From positions 2,232,001-2,296,000 of the forward strand of contig OZ024766.1 in the NCBI GenBank assembly GCA_964016885.1: 64,000 nt of DNA, given 5' to 3'. The notes beneath the pieces were generated by a model that saw only the letters and a program-made list of their open reading frames with translations, made no database searches and was not told where the DNA came from. Positions 13,257-24,506 of this stretch are shown in pieces. A program made the translations under genes and the position numbers. The stretch's first letter is position 1; each line of letters opens with the position of its first letter. Source of the stretch: Eledone cirrhosa (Eukaryota).

Positions 13257-13340
13257 CCTCGCTATGTATATATGTATATATATATACATAGTGAGGTATA
13301 TACATATATATATATATGTGTATATATATACATATATACA
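12750..13340. repeat. (TA)n-spaced catagcgagg repeat with an internal orientation switch
   Basis: tacatagYgaggta units at 12757-13110, reverse-complement tacctcRctatgta units at ~13133-13270, forward again at ~13286. Confidence 0.9.
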
Positions 13341-13579
13341 GGTATACAAAAGCTGATTTGTGATACAAAGTTGAACATTCTGTACTCAATATTTGATATT
13401 AGCGAACATAAACAAGAAATATTGACATGTCTAACCCTATACAGTGCAGCTGGGAATATAATATAAATGTAATGAAGATCTCTGGTATTAAGGGTCAGCG
13501 GCCATTGTCTAGCCCACCCAGCTGACCAACACCCTTGTTCCTAGTTTTCTAGTCTTTGTTATCAATCTTGTATTTCCAG

Positions 13580-13677
13580 AAAGCATCAAAAGAGTTGAAG
13601 AAATAACCAAAAAGACGGTTTTGTGTTACAATGTTGATCTCCTGAACAAAGAAGCTGTGAGGTCGGTGTTCACCAAG
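13580..13677 (+). CDS. GALE: GALE coding exon 2 (ESIKRVEEITKKTVLCYNVDLLNKEAVRSVFTK)
   Basis: tttccag acceptor and GTCAGT donor; phase 1 to 0 is compatible with neighbouring exons; matches the GALE 'ESLxRVxxxTGK...D' segment. Confidence 0.93.
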
Positions 13678-14234
13678 GTCAGTATATCACCATCATCATC
13701 GTCATGATCATCGTTTAATGTCTATCTTCCACGCTAGCATGGGTTTAGACGGGAGTTGTCCCACTTGAGGCAAGATTGGTCGGGGGACCATGTCTCTGGC
13801 AGGTTTTCTACGCTGTTCACTTGCCCGCTTTTAAATTCCCCTCTGGAATCTTAGCAGTGGTATTTAGTTAACGTGTTGAACACTACTGATGAACAACTCC
13901 AATCGTGACTAACCCCACTGAAAAGTTTTGTGAAATATCTTTTTAGACTATATAGTGCATTTGCAGATTTCCCCAAATTGACGGTTAAGTATTTCTTCTT
14001 GATTTTATTTTGAGTTAAGATTGTATTGCTTTTTTCCCCCAGCTTACACAAAGTCTGAGGATAAAATTTTTCTTCTTGACTTGTTTTGAATTAAGATTGA
14101 ATTATTTATCCCATATCTTACGTTAAAAATTTTTCATCTTGATGTTATAGTCACTTATATGTCTGAATTATTGTCGGCTTTTTGCTTACATTAATTTCTC
14201 TATTTTCATTTATATATATATATATATATATATA

Positions 14235-14575
14235 TCATTTCATTTCATCTTACGTCCGCTTTTCCCTGCTTGCAAGGGTGGGACAGGAACTGATTCTGGC
14301 TTGATTTCTACAGCTGGATGCCCTTCCTAACACCAACCTCATTTACAGTGAGTGCTGGGTGCTTTTTTTTTTGCCGTGGCACCTCCACGACCACTTTGCA
14401 GTGGAATGATAGGGACCCCCAGTCCCTATCATCTCATTTCTACAGCTGAGTAAACTGGAGCTATGTGAAATAAAGTGTCTTGCTCAAGGAAACAACACAT
14501 CACCCGGTCTGAGAATTGAACTCACAACCTTTCGATTGCAAGGCCAATGCTCTAACCACTAAGCCATGTGCCTCC
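14235..14575 (-). mobile_element. Full-length tRNA/CORE-type SINE, tail type A (RTE-like)
   Basis: Near-identical reverse complement of 27295-27621 and of most of 24107-24395; A/B boxes and CORE-like ccttgagcaagacacttta present. Confidence 0.9.
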
Positions 14576-14582
14576 TTTCATT

Positions 14583-14651
<69 letters not shown>

Positions 14652-14744
14652 TTATATATATATGATGATGGTGATGCCAATGATATTGTTTCCGAAATAT
14701 ATATTTACCTCGAACCTCTTCTTCTGCTCACTCTGCCCCCACAG

Positions 14745-14858
14745 CACAAGTTCCTGTGTGTTATCCATTTGGCAGCCCTGAAGGCTGTAGGTGAATCCTG
14801 TGAGCTGCCCCTACTTTACTACAAAAACAATGTTGGTGGAGCACTCAACTTAATGGAG
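14745..14858 (+). CDS. GALE: GALE coding exon 3 ([38 protein letters not shown])
   Basis: ccacag acceptor, GTAAGA donor; VIHxAxLKAVGES...PLxYYxNN motif of GalE. Confidence 0.96.
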
Positions 14859-15347
14859 GTAAGAAACCCTTTATTGTTAGTTTTTAAATGAGGTTAGGCT
14901 GAATAGTTTATAGGATGACCAAGATACTCTCATGGAATGACCAAATGAGGTTTATTTTTTAACATAGTCCCTGGAATGAAACAATGCAGTTACTAATAAG
15001 AAGAGATGAAATTAATACAACATTTCACAGCTCTTTATAACAATGTTGTTTAGCAAAGCCTGTTATCTCTGTGTTAGATTATCAAAACATTTGTTATTAG
15101 GTTAAATTGTTTTTTCCTGTTAAAACACTAACGTGGTCCAGAATCAGCAAGCAGGGGTTTCAACGAGAAAAACAATTTAACCTAATAACAAATGTTTTGA
15201 TAATCCAGTACAGAGAAAACAATTTTTGTACCTTTTATAAAGATCCTTTTTATATATACCAGGTGTGCTTTTCAAACCCTTTCCTTTAATAATTTCCCTC
15301 ATAAAATGTTATCTGTATAGAACATTTTCTAACGTCCACACTTTTTT

Positions 15348-15382
<35 letters not shown>

Positions 15383-15401
15383 ATATATATGTATATATAG
15401 T

Positions 15402-15628
15402 AGAAGTCGCACTGATGGACACATTTTTCAAATTCAGGTAGGATCTATAAAGGTGGTTGACAGCTTTCGATATCTAGGTGATCAGATTAGCAAAGGAGGA
15501 GGGTGCTCCGGGGCCATAGTATCTAGAATAAGGATGGGTTGGAAGAAGTTTAGGGAGCTGCTTCCTCTGTTGACAAAGAAGGGTTTCTCCCTACGAACAC
15601 GAAAGGCTGGTTATATGAGGCCTGTGCC
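15402..15628 (+). mobile_element. RTE-clade LINE reverse-transcriptase-region fragment
   Basis: VDSFRYLGDQISKGGGCSGAIVSRIRMGWKKFRELLPLLTKKGFSLRT: the F.YLG...RI..W..F motif follows the RT domain; same family as 25172-26500. Confidence 0.88.
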
Positions 15629-16237
15629 ATGTAATAATTCTTGATTAAATATAAATAATTTTATTGCTTATCTTAAGATTCACTTCTTTAAAATTTTCAA
15701 ATGTCAACACTTCCGGTTAGCGATCGCTTATATAAACATTCATATAATTTTTTTCATAATGCAGTTTATATATATATAATATCGTTTTTTTTTAATATAT
15801 CATGGATTACTTTACTGATTGAAGAGAGTGTAACACGGACTTCGTTCAATTTCTGTGTATATTGTCAATTACGATTTCATTTGATGTATCGTATCTATTT
15901 GTATATATATTTTCACACTACACATGCTAGCAGAAAACCACCCTAGGGTGGTTTTTCTGATAGTGGTAATAATAAATACCAAGAACAGGACTCTATATGG
16001 GTTACAGATGAGCAAGCTTAGGGTGAAAATAGAAATTTACTGCTTAACCTATAATTTATCGTGTGCTAAGGGAAGTAACTGAGTCCGTCATGGTTTGAAG
16101 TGTTGGCAATACCTTTGGTCTCTCACCCCTACGACAAATATCAACTTTATTTTTCCAATTCAAGAAAGTATTTAAAGTTTGAAAGCTGGCACAAGAGAAA
16201 GTAGTCCCAGCTCGATCCTGTCAACAAAATCTCTCTA

Positions 16238-17465
16238 ATATCTCACATAACATTTATTTACATTACTCTATATATACTATTGTATTTTCACAGTAAAGGC
16301 TTTACCTCACATAATATCTCGCATAACATTTACATTACTCTATATATACTATTGTATTGTCACAGTAAAGGCTTTACCTCACATAATATCTCACATAACA
16401 TTTACATTACTCTATATATACTATTGTATTTTCACAGTAAAGGCTTTACCTCACATAATATCTCACATAACATTTACATTACTCTATATATACTATTGTA
16501 TTGTCACAGTAAAGGGCTTTACCTCACACAATACCTCACATAACATTTACTTTACTCTATATATACTATTGTATTTTCACAGTAAAGGCTTTACCTCACA
16601 TAATATCTCATAACATTTACATTACTCTATATATACTATTGTATGTTCACAGTAAAGGCTTTACCTCACATAATATCTCACATAACATTTACATTACTCT
16701 ATATATACTATTGTATTTTCACAGTAAAGGCTTTACCTCACATAATATCTCACATAACATTTACATTACTCTATATATACTATTGTATGTTCACAGTAAA
16801 GGCTCCTTACATAATATCTCACATAACATCTACATTACTCTATATATACTATTGTATTTTCACAGTAAAGGCTTTACCTCACATAATATCTCACATAACA
16901 TTTACATTACTCTATATATACTATTGTATTTTCACAGTAAAGGCTTTACCTCACATAATATCTCACATAACATTTACATTACTCTATATATACTATTGTA
17001 TTTTCACAGTAAAGGCTTTACCTCACATAATACCTCACATAACATTTACATTACTCTATATATACTATTGTATTTTCACAGTAAAGGCTTTACCTCACAT
17101 AATACCTCACATAACATTTACATTACTCTATATATACTATTGTATTGTCACAGTAAAGGCTTTACCTCACATAATACCTCACATAACATTTACATTACTC
17201 TATATATACTATTGTATTGTCACAGTAAATGCTTTACCTCACATAATATCTCACATAACATTTACATTACTCTATATATACTATTGTATTGTCACAGTAA
17301 AGGCTTTACCTCACATAATACCTCACATAACATTTACATTACTCTATATATACTATTGTATTTTCACAGTAAAGGCTTTACCTCACATAATACCTCACAT
17401 AACATTTACATTACTCTATATATACTATTGTATTTTCACAGTAAAGGCTTTACTTCTCATAATAT
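16238..17465. repeat. 72-bp minisatellite, about 17 copies
   Basis: Unit ctcacataacatttacattactctatatatactattgtattttcacagtaaaggctttacctcacataatat; 24-aa periodicity in the ORF track. Confidence 0.95.
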
Positions 17466-17654
17466 CAAATCTATGAGATTTTGATATTATTTATTTTGAG
17501 AACAATACATTAACATCAGTATGAGTGGCCAGTTATGGCTGGTTTGAACAGAAAGTGTTAAATATATTCTTGCTTCTTCTCGATCAGAGATAACAATGCT
17601 TCTTAATTTGTACATTTTATTTTATTTTTAATTTTTCTATTTTTCCTTCAAAAG

Positions 17655-17831
17655 GTGATGAAGGAATTTAAGATTTTCAATCTAGTTGTGTCAAGTTCTG
17701 CCACAGTGTACGGGGTACCTCAGAAGTTACCCTTAGACGAGACTCACCCGACGGGCAGCTGTATTAACCCTTACGGTCAGACGAAATATTTTGTTGAGGT
17801 TATTCTTACTGACATAACAAAATCTGACTCG
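17655..17831 (+). CDS. GALE: GALE coding exon 4 (VMKEFK...SSSATVYG...NPYGQTK...KSDS)
   Basis: Catalytic SSSATVYG serine and YxxxK (YGQTK) of extended SDRs; aaag acceptor, GTAAGT donor, phase 0. Confidence 0.97.
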
Positions 17832-17894
17832 GTAAGTTTTAATGTTGTTGTTGTTGTTGTTTTGCTGTTTTTTTGTGGTTGAGGTGGGGGGGAG

Positions 17895-18336
17895 TGTTGA
17901 TGGTGCTGGTGGTGATGATGGTGGTGGTGGTGGTGGTGGTGATCGTGGTAGTGGTGGTGATAGTGGTGATGGTGGTGGTGGTGATGGTGATGGTGGTGAT
18001 AGTGGTGGTGGTGGTGGTGATAGTGGTGATGGTGGTGGTGGTGATAGTAGTGGTGGTGAAGGTAGTGGCGATGGTGATAGTGGTGGTGGTGATAGTGCTG
18101 ATGGTGGTGATAGTGGTGGTGATGGTGGTGGTGATGGTGGTGCTGGTGATAGTGGTGGTGGTGGTGGTGGTAGTGGTGATGGTGGTAGTGATAGTGGTGG
18201 TGGTGGTGGTGGTGGTGGTGGTGGTGGTGAAGGTGGTGATAGTAGTGGTGGTGGTGGTGAAGGTGGTGATGGTGGTGATAGTAGTGGTGGTGGTGGTGGT
18301 GGTGGTGATAGTGGTGGTGGTGGTGGTGGTGGTGAT
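17895..18336. repeat. Degenerate (GGT/GAT/AGT)n trinucleotide tract
   Basis: Direct reading; intronic between GALE exons 4 and 5. Confidence 0.95.
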
Positions 18337-18445
18337 ATATTTCTCACCGTTTTTAACAATTTTTCTCTTTTTTTCTTTTCTTTTCACCCCCCACCTCCCC
18401 CCTACAATCCATATCCCTCCTGGCTCTCTTCATCTCTCCTACCAA

Positions 18446-18452
18446 CCTCTGC

Positions 18453-18486
<34 letters not shown>

Positions 18487-18747
18487 TTCTCTCTGTCTCT
18501 CTCTCTGTCTGCCTGTCTGTCTCTCTATCTCTCTGTCTCTCTGTCTCTCTATCTCTCTCTCTGTCTGTCTGTCTGTCTCTCTCTCTGTCTCTCTGTCTCT
18601 CTCTCTTTCTCTCTGTCTCTCTGTCTGCCTGTCTGTCTGTCTCTCTGTCTCTCTATCTCTCTGTCTGTCTGTCTCTCTGTCTCTCTGTCTGTCCGTCTGT
18701 CTGTCTGTCTCTCTGTCTGCCTGTCTGTCTGTCTGTCTATCTCTATC
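18446..18747. repeat. (CT)n/(CTGT)n pyrimidine-rich tract
   Basis: Direct reading. Confidence 0.95.
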
Positions 18748-18798
18748 CACCTCCACCCTACCCCACACTTTACCCCCAATCCCACTTCCTCCCACCAG

Positions 18799-18979
18799 AG
18801 ATGGAATGCTGTCATCCTGCGCTACTTTAACCCAGTAGGGGCCCACAAGTCCGGCAAGATCGGAGAGAACCCCAATGGGGTCCCTAATAACCTGATGCCC
18901 TTCATTGGCCAGGTCGCTGTTGGGAAACAGAAGGAGGTTAAGGTTTATGGCAATGACTACGATACTCCTGATGGCACAG
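18799..18979 (+). CDS. GALE: GALE coding exon 5 ([16 protein letters not shown]...PNNLMPF...[11 protein letters not shown])
   Basis: [16 protein letters not shown] and [11 protein letters not shown] motifs; caccag acceptor, G|GTGAGT donor (phase 1). Confidence 0.97.
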
Positions 18980-19047
18980 GTGAGTCACACTCACTCACTT
19001 ACACTCTCACTCATTCTCTCACTCTCTCTCTCTCACTCTCACTCCCC

Positions 19048-19169
19048 TTTGTCATCCCCTCTGTGAGCTTCAGTGATCTGAGGTCAGCTCTCACCACCTC
19101 CGCCCATGTTTTTCCTGGTCTTCCTCGACTGCGTCTTCCCTCTACTGGGATTTCTTGGCACTTCTTTAC
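19048..19169 (-). mobile_element. RTE LINE C-terminal fragment
   Basis: Similar to ~25248-25369; minus strand reads [39 protein letters not shown]. Confidence 0.85.
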
Positions 19170-19176
19170 ATATATA

Positions 19177-19868
19177 TAAACTGGAGCAATGTGAAATAAA
19201 GTGTGTTGTTACCTTGAGCAAGACACTTTACTTCACATTGCTCCAGTTTACTCGGCTGTAGAAATGAGATGATAGGGACTGGGGTCCATATCATTCCACT
19301 GCAAAGTGGTCGTGGAGGTGCCACGGTAAAAAAGCACCCAGCACTCACTGTAAAGTGGTCGTGGAGGTGCCACGGCAAAAAGAAGCACCCAACACTCACT
19401 GTAAAGTGGTCGTGGAGGTGCCACGGCAAAAAGAAGCACCCAGCACTCACTGTAAAGTGGTCGTGGAGGTGCCACGGCAAAAAGAAGCACCCAGCACTCA
19501 CTGTAAAGTGGTCGTGGAGGTGCCATGGCAAAAAAGCACCCAGCCCACACTGTAAAGTGGTCGTGGAGGTGCCACGGCAAAAAGAAGCACCCAGCACTCA
19601 CTGTAAAGTGGTCGTGGAGGTACCATGGCAAAAAAGCACCCAGCCCACACTGTAAAGTGGTCGTGGAGGTGCCACGGCAAAAAAGCACCCAGCACTCACT
19701 GTAAAGTGGTCGTGGAGGTACCACGGCAAAAAAGCACCAAGCACTCACTGTAAATGAGGTTGGTGTTAGGAAGGGCATCCAGCTGTAGAGATCAAGCCAG
19801 AATCAGTTCCTGTCCCACCCTTGCAAGCAGGGAAAAGTGGACGTAAAATGAAATAAGATGAAATGAAA
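19177..19868 (+). mobile_element. 5'-truncated SINE with a 5' fold-back and an internal ~49-51-bp tandem expansion (about 9 copies, 19298-19752)
   Basis: CORE-like segment, repeated gcacccagcactcactgtaaagtggtcgtggaggtgccacggcaaaaa, tail cccacccttgcaagcagggaaaag. Confidence 0.9.
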
Positions 19869-20003
19869 TATGTATATATTAGTTTATCCTTTCAATATAT
19901 TACACTCTGTCTAGCTCTACACCTCATCACAGAAGTGAACCTAAACATCGAGTGCTCTCCCGGGTGAACCTGCAGTAACTCCAAGTTACACCCCCTAGAT
20001 ATA

Positions 20004-20036
<33 letters not shown>

Positions 20037-20128
20037 GAGTTTCAGAAGATCCCGTTAAGGGTGAAAGCAGTGATTCTTTGCTTAAACTTTAATCTGTTAT
20101 TTTAATAAATATATATATATATATATTA

Positions 20129-20347
20129 GTGAAGGCGTGTTGCTGAGTGGTTAGAGAATCGGATTCGCAATCGTAAGGTTGTGAGTTCGATTCCTGGACC
20201 AGGCGATGCGTTATGTCCTTGAGCAAGACATTTTATTTCACGTTGTTCCTTCTACCTGGAGTTGCAACCGATAGATAGTATTAGCAATTGGAAAGACCAA
20301 CGGAAACAGTGTTCCCTCGGTCCGATTTGGCGAAAGTCGATCGTAAA

Positions 20348-20366
<19 letters not shown>
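20129..20366 (+). mobile_element. tRNA/CORE-type SINE, tail type C with poly(A)
   Basis: gtgaaggcgtgttgctgagtggttagag (A box), gagttcgattcc (B box), tccttgagcaagaca, distinct 3' end, then a poly(A) run. Confidence 0.75.
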
Positions 20367-20404
<38 letters not shown>

Positions 20405-20479
20405 ATATATGTATATATGTATATGACCATACATACTTAGATACAGACATTAAATGATGATATATTAATTTTTCCACAG

Positions 20480-20565
20480 GTGTGCGTGATTATATTCATA
20501 TTGTTGACTTAGCAACAGGTCACGTGTCAGCCGTGGAAAAAATAAAAGAAAACTGTGGACTTAAG
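20480..20565 (+). CDS. GALE: GALE coding exon 6 ([29 protein letters not shown])
   Basis: GVRDYIHxxDLAxGH motif; ccacag acceptor, GTGAGT donor. Confidence 0.96.
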
Positions 20566-20598
20566 GTGAGTGTTTGTCCTCTTTGTTTATATAGGCTA

Positions 20599-21478
20599 GT
20601 TGTGAGAGAAACTGTGTATAAGAGGGATAAGTTGTGGTGTGTGGGAGAGGAGACTGAGATGGTATGGACATGTGATGTGTTGTGAGAGAAACTGTGTATA
20701 AGAGGGATAAGTTGTGGTGTGTGGGAGAGAAGACTGAGGTGGTATGGACATGTGATGTGTTGTGAGAGAAACTGGGTATAAGAGGGATAAGTTGTGGTGT
20801 GTGGGAGAGAGGACTGAGGTGGTATGGACATGTGATGTGTTGAGAGAGAAACTGGTATAAGAGGGATAAGTTGTAGTGTGTGGGAGAGAGGACTGAGATG
20901 GTATGGACATGTGATGTGTTGAGAGAGAAACTGTGTATAAGAGGGATAAGTTGTGGTGTGTGGGAGAGAAGACTGAGGTGGTATGGACATGTGATGTGTT
21001 GAGAGAGAAACTGGGTATAAGAGGGATAAGTTGTGGTGTGTGGGAGAGAAGACTGAGATGGTATGGACATGCGATGAGTTGAGAGAGAAACTGGGTATAA
21101 GAGGGATAAGTTGTGGTGTGTGGGAGAGAAGACTAAGATGGTATGGACATGTGATGTGGTGAGAGAGAAACTGGGTATAAGAGGGATAAGCTGTAGTGTG
21201 TAGGAGAGAAGACTGAGATGGTATGGACATGTGATGTGTTGTGAGAGAAACTGGGTATAAGAGGGATAAGTTGTGGTGTGTGGGAGAGAGGACTGAGGTG
21301 GTATGGACATGTGATGTGTTGTGAGAGAAACTGGGTATAAGAGGGATAAGTTGTAGTGTGTGGGAGAGAAGACTGAGGTGGTATGGACATGTGATGTGTT
21401 GAGAGAGAAACTGGGTATAAGAGGGATAAGTTGTGGTGTGTGGGAGAGAGGACTGAGGTGGTATGGACATGTGATGTG
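20599..21478 (+). repeat. 80-bp minisatellite (about 11 copies, runs into the gap), RTE-LINE-derived
   Basis: Unit gagagagaaactgggtataagagggataagttgtggtgtgtgggagagaagactgagatggtatggacatgtgatgtgtt translates to [26 protein letters not shown]. Confidence 0.95.
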
Positions 21479-21678
21479 NNNNNNNNNNNNNNNNNNNNNN
21501 NNNNNNNNNNNNNNNNNNNNNNNNNNNNNNNNNNNNNNNNNNNNNNNNNNNNNNNNNNNNNNNNNNNNNNNNNNNNNNNNNNNNNNNNNNNNNNNNNNNN
21601 NNNNNNNNNNNNNNNNNNNNNNNNNNNNNNNNNNNNNNNNNNNNNNNNNNNNNNNNNNNNNNNNNNNNNNNNNNNNNN
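21479..21678. other. Assembly gap (200 N)
   Basis: Run of N between an 80-bp tandem array and a SINE 3' part. Confidence 1.
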
Positions 21679-21830
21679 CCACGGCAAAAAAGCACCCAGC
21701 ACTCACTGTAAATGAGGTTGGTGTTAGGAAGGGCATCGGCTGTAGAGATCAAGCCAGAATCAGTTCCCGCCCCACCCTTGCAAGCAGGGAACAGTGGACG
21801 TAAAATGATGATGATGATGATGATGATGAT
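21679..21830 (+). mobile_element. SINE 3' part (tail type A) with (GAT)n end
   Basis: Matches ~19720-19850. Confidence 0.85.
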
Positions 21831-21939
21831 ACATACATGAAAAAGGAAAAAAAAAAAACTCATAAAAATGTGAAAACAAACAAAAAAAAAAATGTTGAAA
21901 ATTGAGAAATCTGTCTTTAAAGGGTTCACTGTTTTGTAG

Positions 21940-22054
21940 ATCCCGTATAGCATTGTGGGTCGGAGAGCAGGGGACACAGCGACATGTTATGCTGACCCTT
22001 CCCTCGCTGCCAAGGAACTGAAATGGAAGGCCACCAGGGACCTGAAAGAAATGT
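21940..22054 (+). CDS. GALE: GALE penultimate coding exon (IPYSIVGRRAGDTATCYADPSLAAKELKWKATRDLKEM)
   Basis: RRxGD...YADP...ELxW motif; tttgtag acceptor, T|GTAAGT donor (phase 1). Confidence 0.95.
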
Positions 22055-22178
22055 GTAAGTAGAAACTGAGAAATATATTTTGGGGGCTCAGACTGTTATT
22101 TTTAGGGGACAGAAAGGGATCTGGGTTATTTTTAGGGGAGAGAGAGAGAGAGAGATCTAGGTTATTTTTAGGGGACAA

Positions 22179-22538
22179 AGGCTCTGTATAATTATAAGAC
22201 CCTCCCTCTCTCTTACACCGAGGAGGCTCTGTATAATTCTAAATCCCTCTCTCTCTCTCTTACGCCGAGGAGGCTCTGTATAATTCTAAATCCCTCTCTC
22301 TCTCTCTCTCTTACGCCGAGGAGGCTCTGTCTAATTCTAAATCCCTCTCTCTCTCTCTTACACCGAGGAGGCTCTGTATAATTCTAAATCCCTCTCTCTC
22401 TCTCTCTTACGCCGAGGAGGCTCTGTATAATTCTAAATCCCCCTCTCTCTCTCTCTTACACCGAGGAGGCTCTGTATAATTCTAAATCCCTCTCTCATAC
22501 ACCGAGGAGGCTCTGTATAACCCTAAACCCCTCTCTCA
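22179..22538. repeat. ~43-51-bp minisatellite with variable (CT)n, about 8 copies
   Basis: Unit gaggaggctctgtataattctaaatcc(ct)n-tacrcc in the last GALE intron. Confidence 0.9.
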
Positions 22539-22561
22539 TGTGTGCCTATTGTCTTTAACAG

Positions 22562-22620
22562 GTGTTGATCTCTGGAAGTGGCAGTCTATGAATCCAAACG
22601 GCTACGAGAAGAAACAGTAA
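22562..22620 (+). CDS. GALE: GALE last coding exon (CVDLWKWQSMNPNGYEKKQ*)
   Basis: DxWxWQxxNPxGY C-terminal GalE motif; taacag acceptor; TAA stop at 22618-22620. Confidence 0.95.
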
Positions 22621-22804
22621 AGCGCTGTTGACCTACCCCTTCCCTTCCCCTCCTTAACCTGCCGTGACCTGCCGTGACCTGCTGTGACCTGATGTGACCT
22701 CAGCTGACCCTTTCTGAGGTCAAACGTTTGAAAAGCTCACTGGATCAATACAACTCCACCTTGTGGTGTGGTGCGGGGCTGGTACCTTGAGGCCGATATT
22801 GGTG

Positions 22805-23042
22805 ACATATATATAGGGGTGTATATGTATATGGGGGTGTATATGCATATATATGGGGGTATGTATGTATATATATATATATGTATATATATGTGTATGT
22901 ATATATATATATGTGTATGTATATATATATATGTGTATGTATATATATATGTGTATGTATATATATATGTGTATGTATATATATATGTGTATGTATATAT
23001 ATATGTGTATGTATATATATATATATATATATATTATGTATG

Positions 23043-23075
<33 letters not shown>

Positions 23076-23146
23076 ATATATATGTGTATGTATATATATA
23101 TGTGTATGTATATATATATGTGTATGTATATATATATATATATTGT

Positions 23147-23205
<59 letters not shown>

Positions 23206-23214
23206 TGTATGTAT

Positions 23215-23248
<34 letters not shown>

Positions 23249-23252
23249 GTAT

Positions 23253-23286
<34 letters not shown>

Positions 23287-23716
23287 GTATATATATATAT
23301 GTGTATGTATATATATGTATGTATGTATATATATGTATGTATGTATATATATGTATGTGTATATATATGTGTATGTATATATATATATATATATATGTGT
23401 GTATGTATATATATATGTGTATGTATATATATATATATATATGTGTGTATATATATATATATGTGTGTATATATATATGTACGTGTATGTATATATATTT
23501 ATGTGTATGTATATATATATGTGTATGTATATATATATATATATATATGTGTATATATATATATATGTGTGTATATATATATGTACGTGTATGTATATAT
23601 ATATATGTGTATGTATATATATATGTGTATGTATATATATATATATATATGTGTGTATATATATATATATGTGTGTATATATATATGTACGTGTATGTAT
23701 GTGTATATGTGTTGTG

Positions 23717-23764
<48 letters not shown>
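22805..23764. repeat. (TA)/(TATG) microsatellite field downstream of the GALE stop
   Basis: Direct reading. Confidence 0.95.
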
Positions 23765-23765
<1 letters not shown>

Positions 23766-23969
23766 CGAGTTTGGACCCAACAGCTGAGCTCTTGCCATTC
23801 CAACAGCTACCTATATATATATATGTGGTCACACAGTTGCTCCCCCCTATCCTGGGACTGGGCCACACACACACTATTCTTTGCTCTATATTTTATTTGG
23901 GTTTTTTCCGTTCCACAACAAGGACACGTGGAAATGAATTTACAAGAAAAAAAAAAATCTAGAAAAATC

Positions 23970-23975
23970 AATAAA
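23970..23975 (+). terminator. Candidate GALE polyadenylation signal
   Basis: AATAAA ~1.35 kb after the stop, followed by a GT/T-rich tract at ~24025-24045. Not unique in AT-rich DNA. Confidence 0.3.
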
Positions 23976-24106
23976 TTAAAAAAAAATTTGATAAGGGCTG
24001 AAAAGTAATTTATATAAATATCAAATTTGTTTTGTGTTATTTATTATATAAGAACTTCTTGTGTGTGTGTGTGTGAAGGTGTATAATTGGTGTATATATA
24101 TATATA

Positions 24107-24506
24107 GTGGAGGCACATGGCTTAGTGGTTAGAGCATTGGGCTTGCAATCGAAAGGTTGTGAGTTCAATTCTCAGACCGGGTGATGTGTTGTTTCTTTGA
24201 GCAAGACACTTTATTTCACATTGCTCCAGTTTACTCAGCTGTAGAAATGAGATGATAGGGACTGGGGTCCCTATCACTCCACTGCAAAGTGGTCGTGGAG
24301 GTGCCACGGCAAAAGAGCACCCAGCACTCACTGTAAATGAGGTTGGTGTTAGGAAGGGCATCCAGCTGTAGAGATCAAGCCAGAATCAGTTCCCGTATGA
24401 GCAAGACAAAGTCAGCCGACCGGACACTGCTCACAACAGGACAACCTGTCTAACCCATGCTAGCGCGGAAGAACGGGCGTAAAACGATGATGATGATGCT
24501 GATGAT
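24107..24506 (+). mobile_element. Full-length tRNA/CORE-type SINE with an alternative 3' end and (GAT)n
   Basis: gtggaggcacatggcttagtggttagagc...gagttcaattc...ttgagcaagacacttta...; ends ctaacccatgctagcgcggaagaacgggcgtaaaacgatgatg. Confidence 0.88.

Noticed and set aside
15931-15959. Short palindrome cagaaaaccaccctagggtggtttttctg
   Set aside because: Isolated, with no second copy or functional context seen.
16280-17484. 281-aa and 277-aa repeat ORFs
   Set aside because: A 72-bp unit (multiple of 3) happens to be stop-free in two frames; it is intronic, with no splice or start evidence.
17733-19179. Gly-rich 445-aa, Pro-rich, Thr-rich and Val-rich ORFs
   Set aside because: They arise from intronic (GGT)n and (CT)n tracts; only 18799-18979 is real coding sequence (GALE exon 5).
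24107-24185. tRNA gene-like sequence (also at 20129, 27295, 14500-14575)
   Set aside because: A/B boxes continue into a shared SINE body with no proper cloverleaf or acceptor stem; these are SINE heads.
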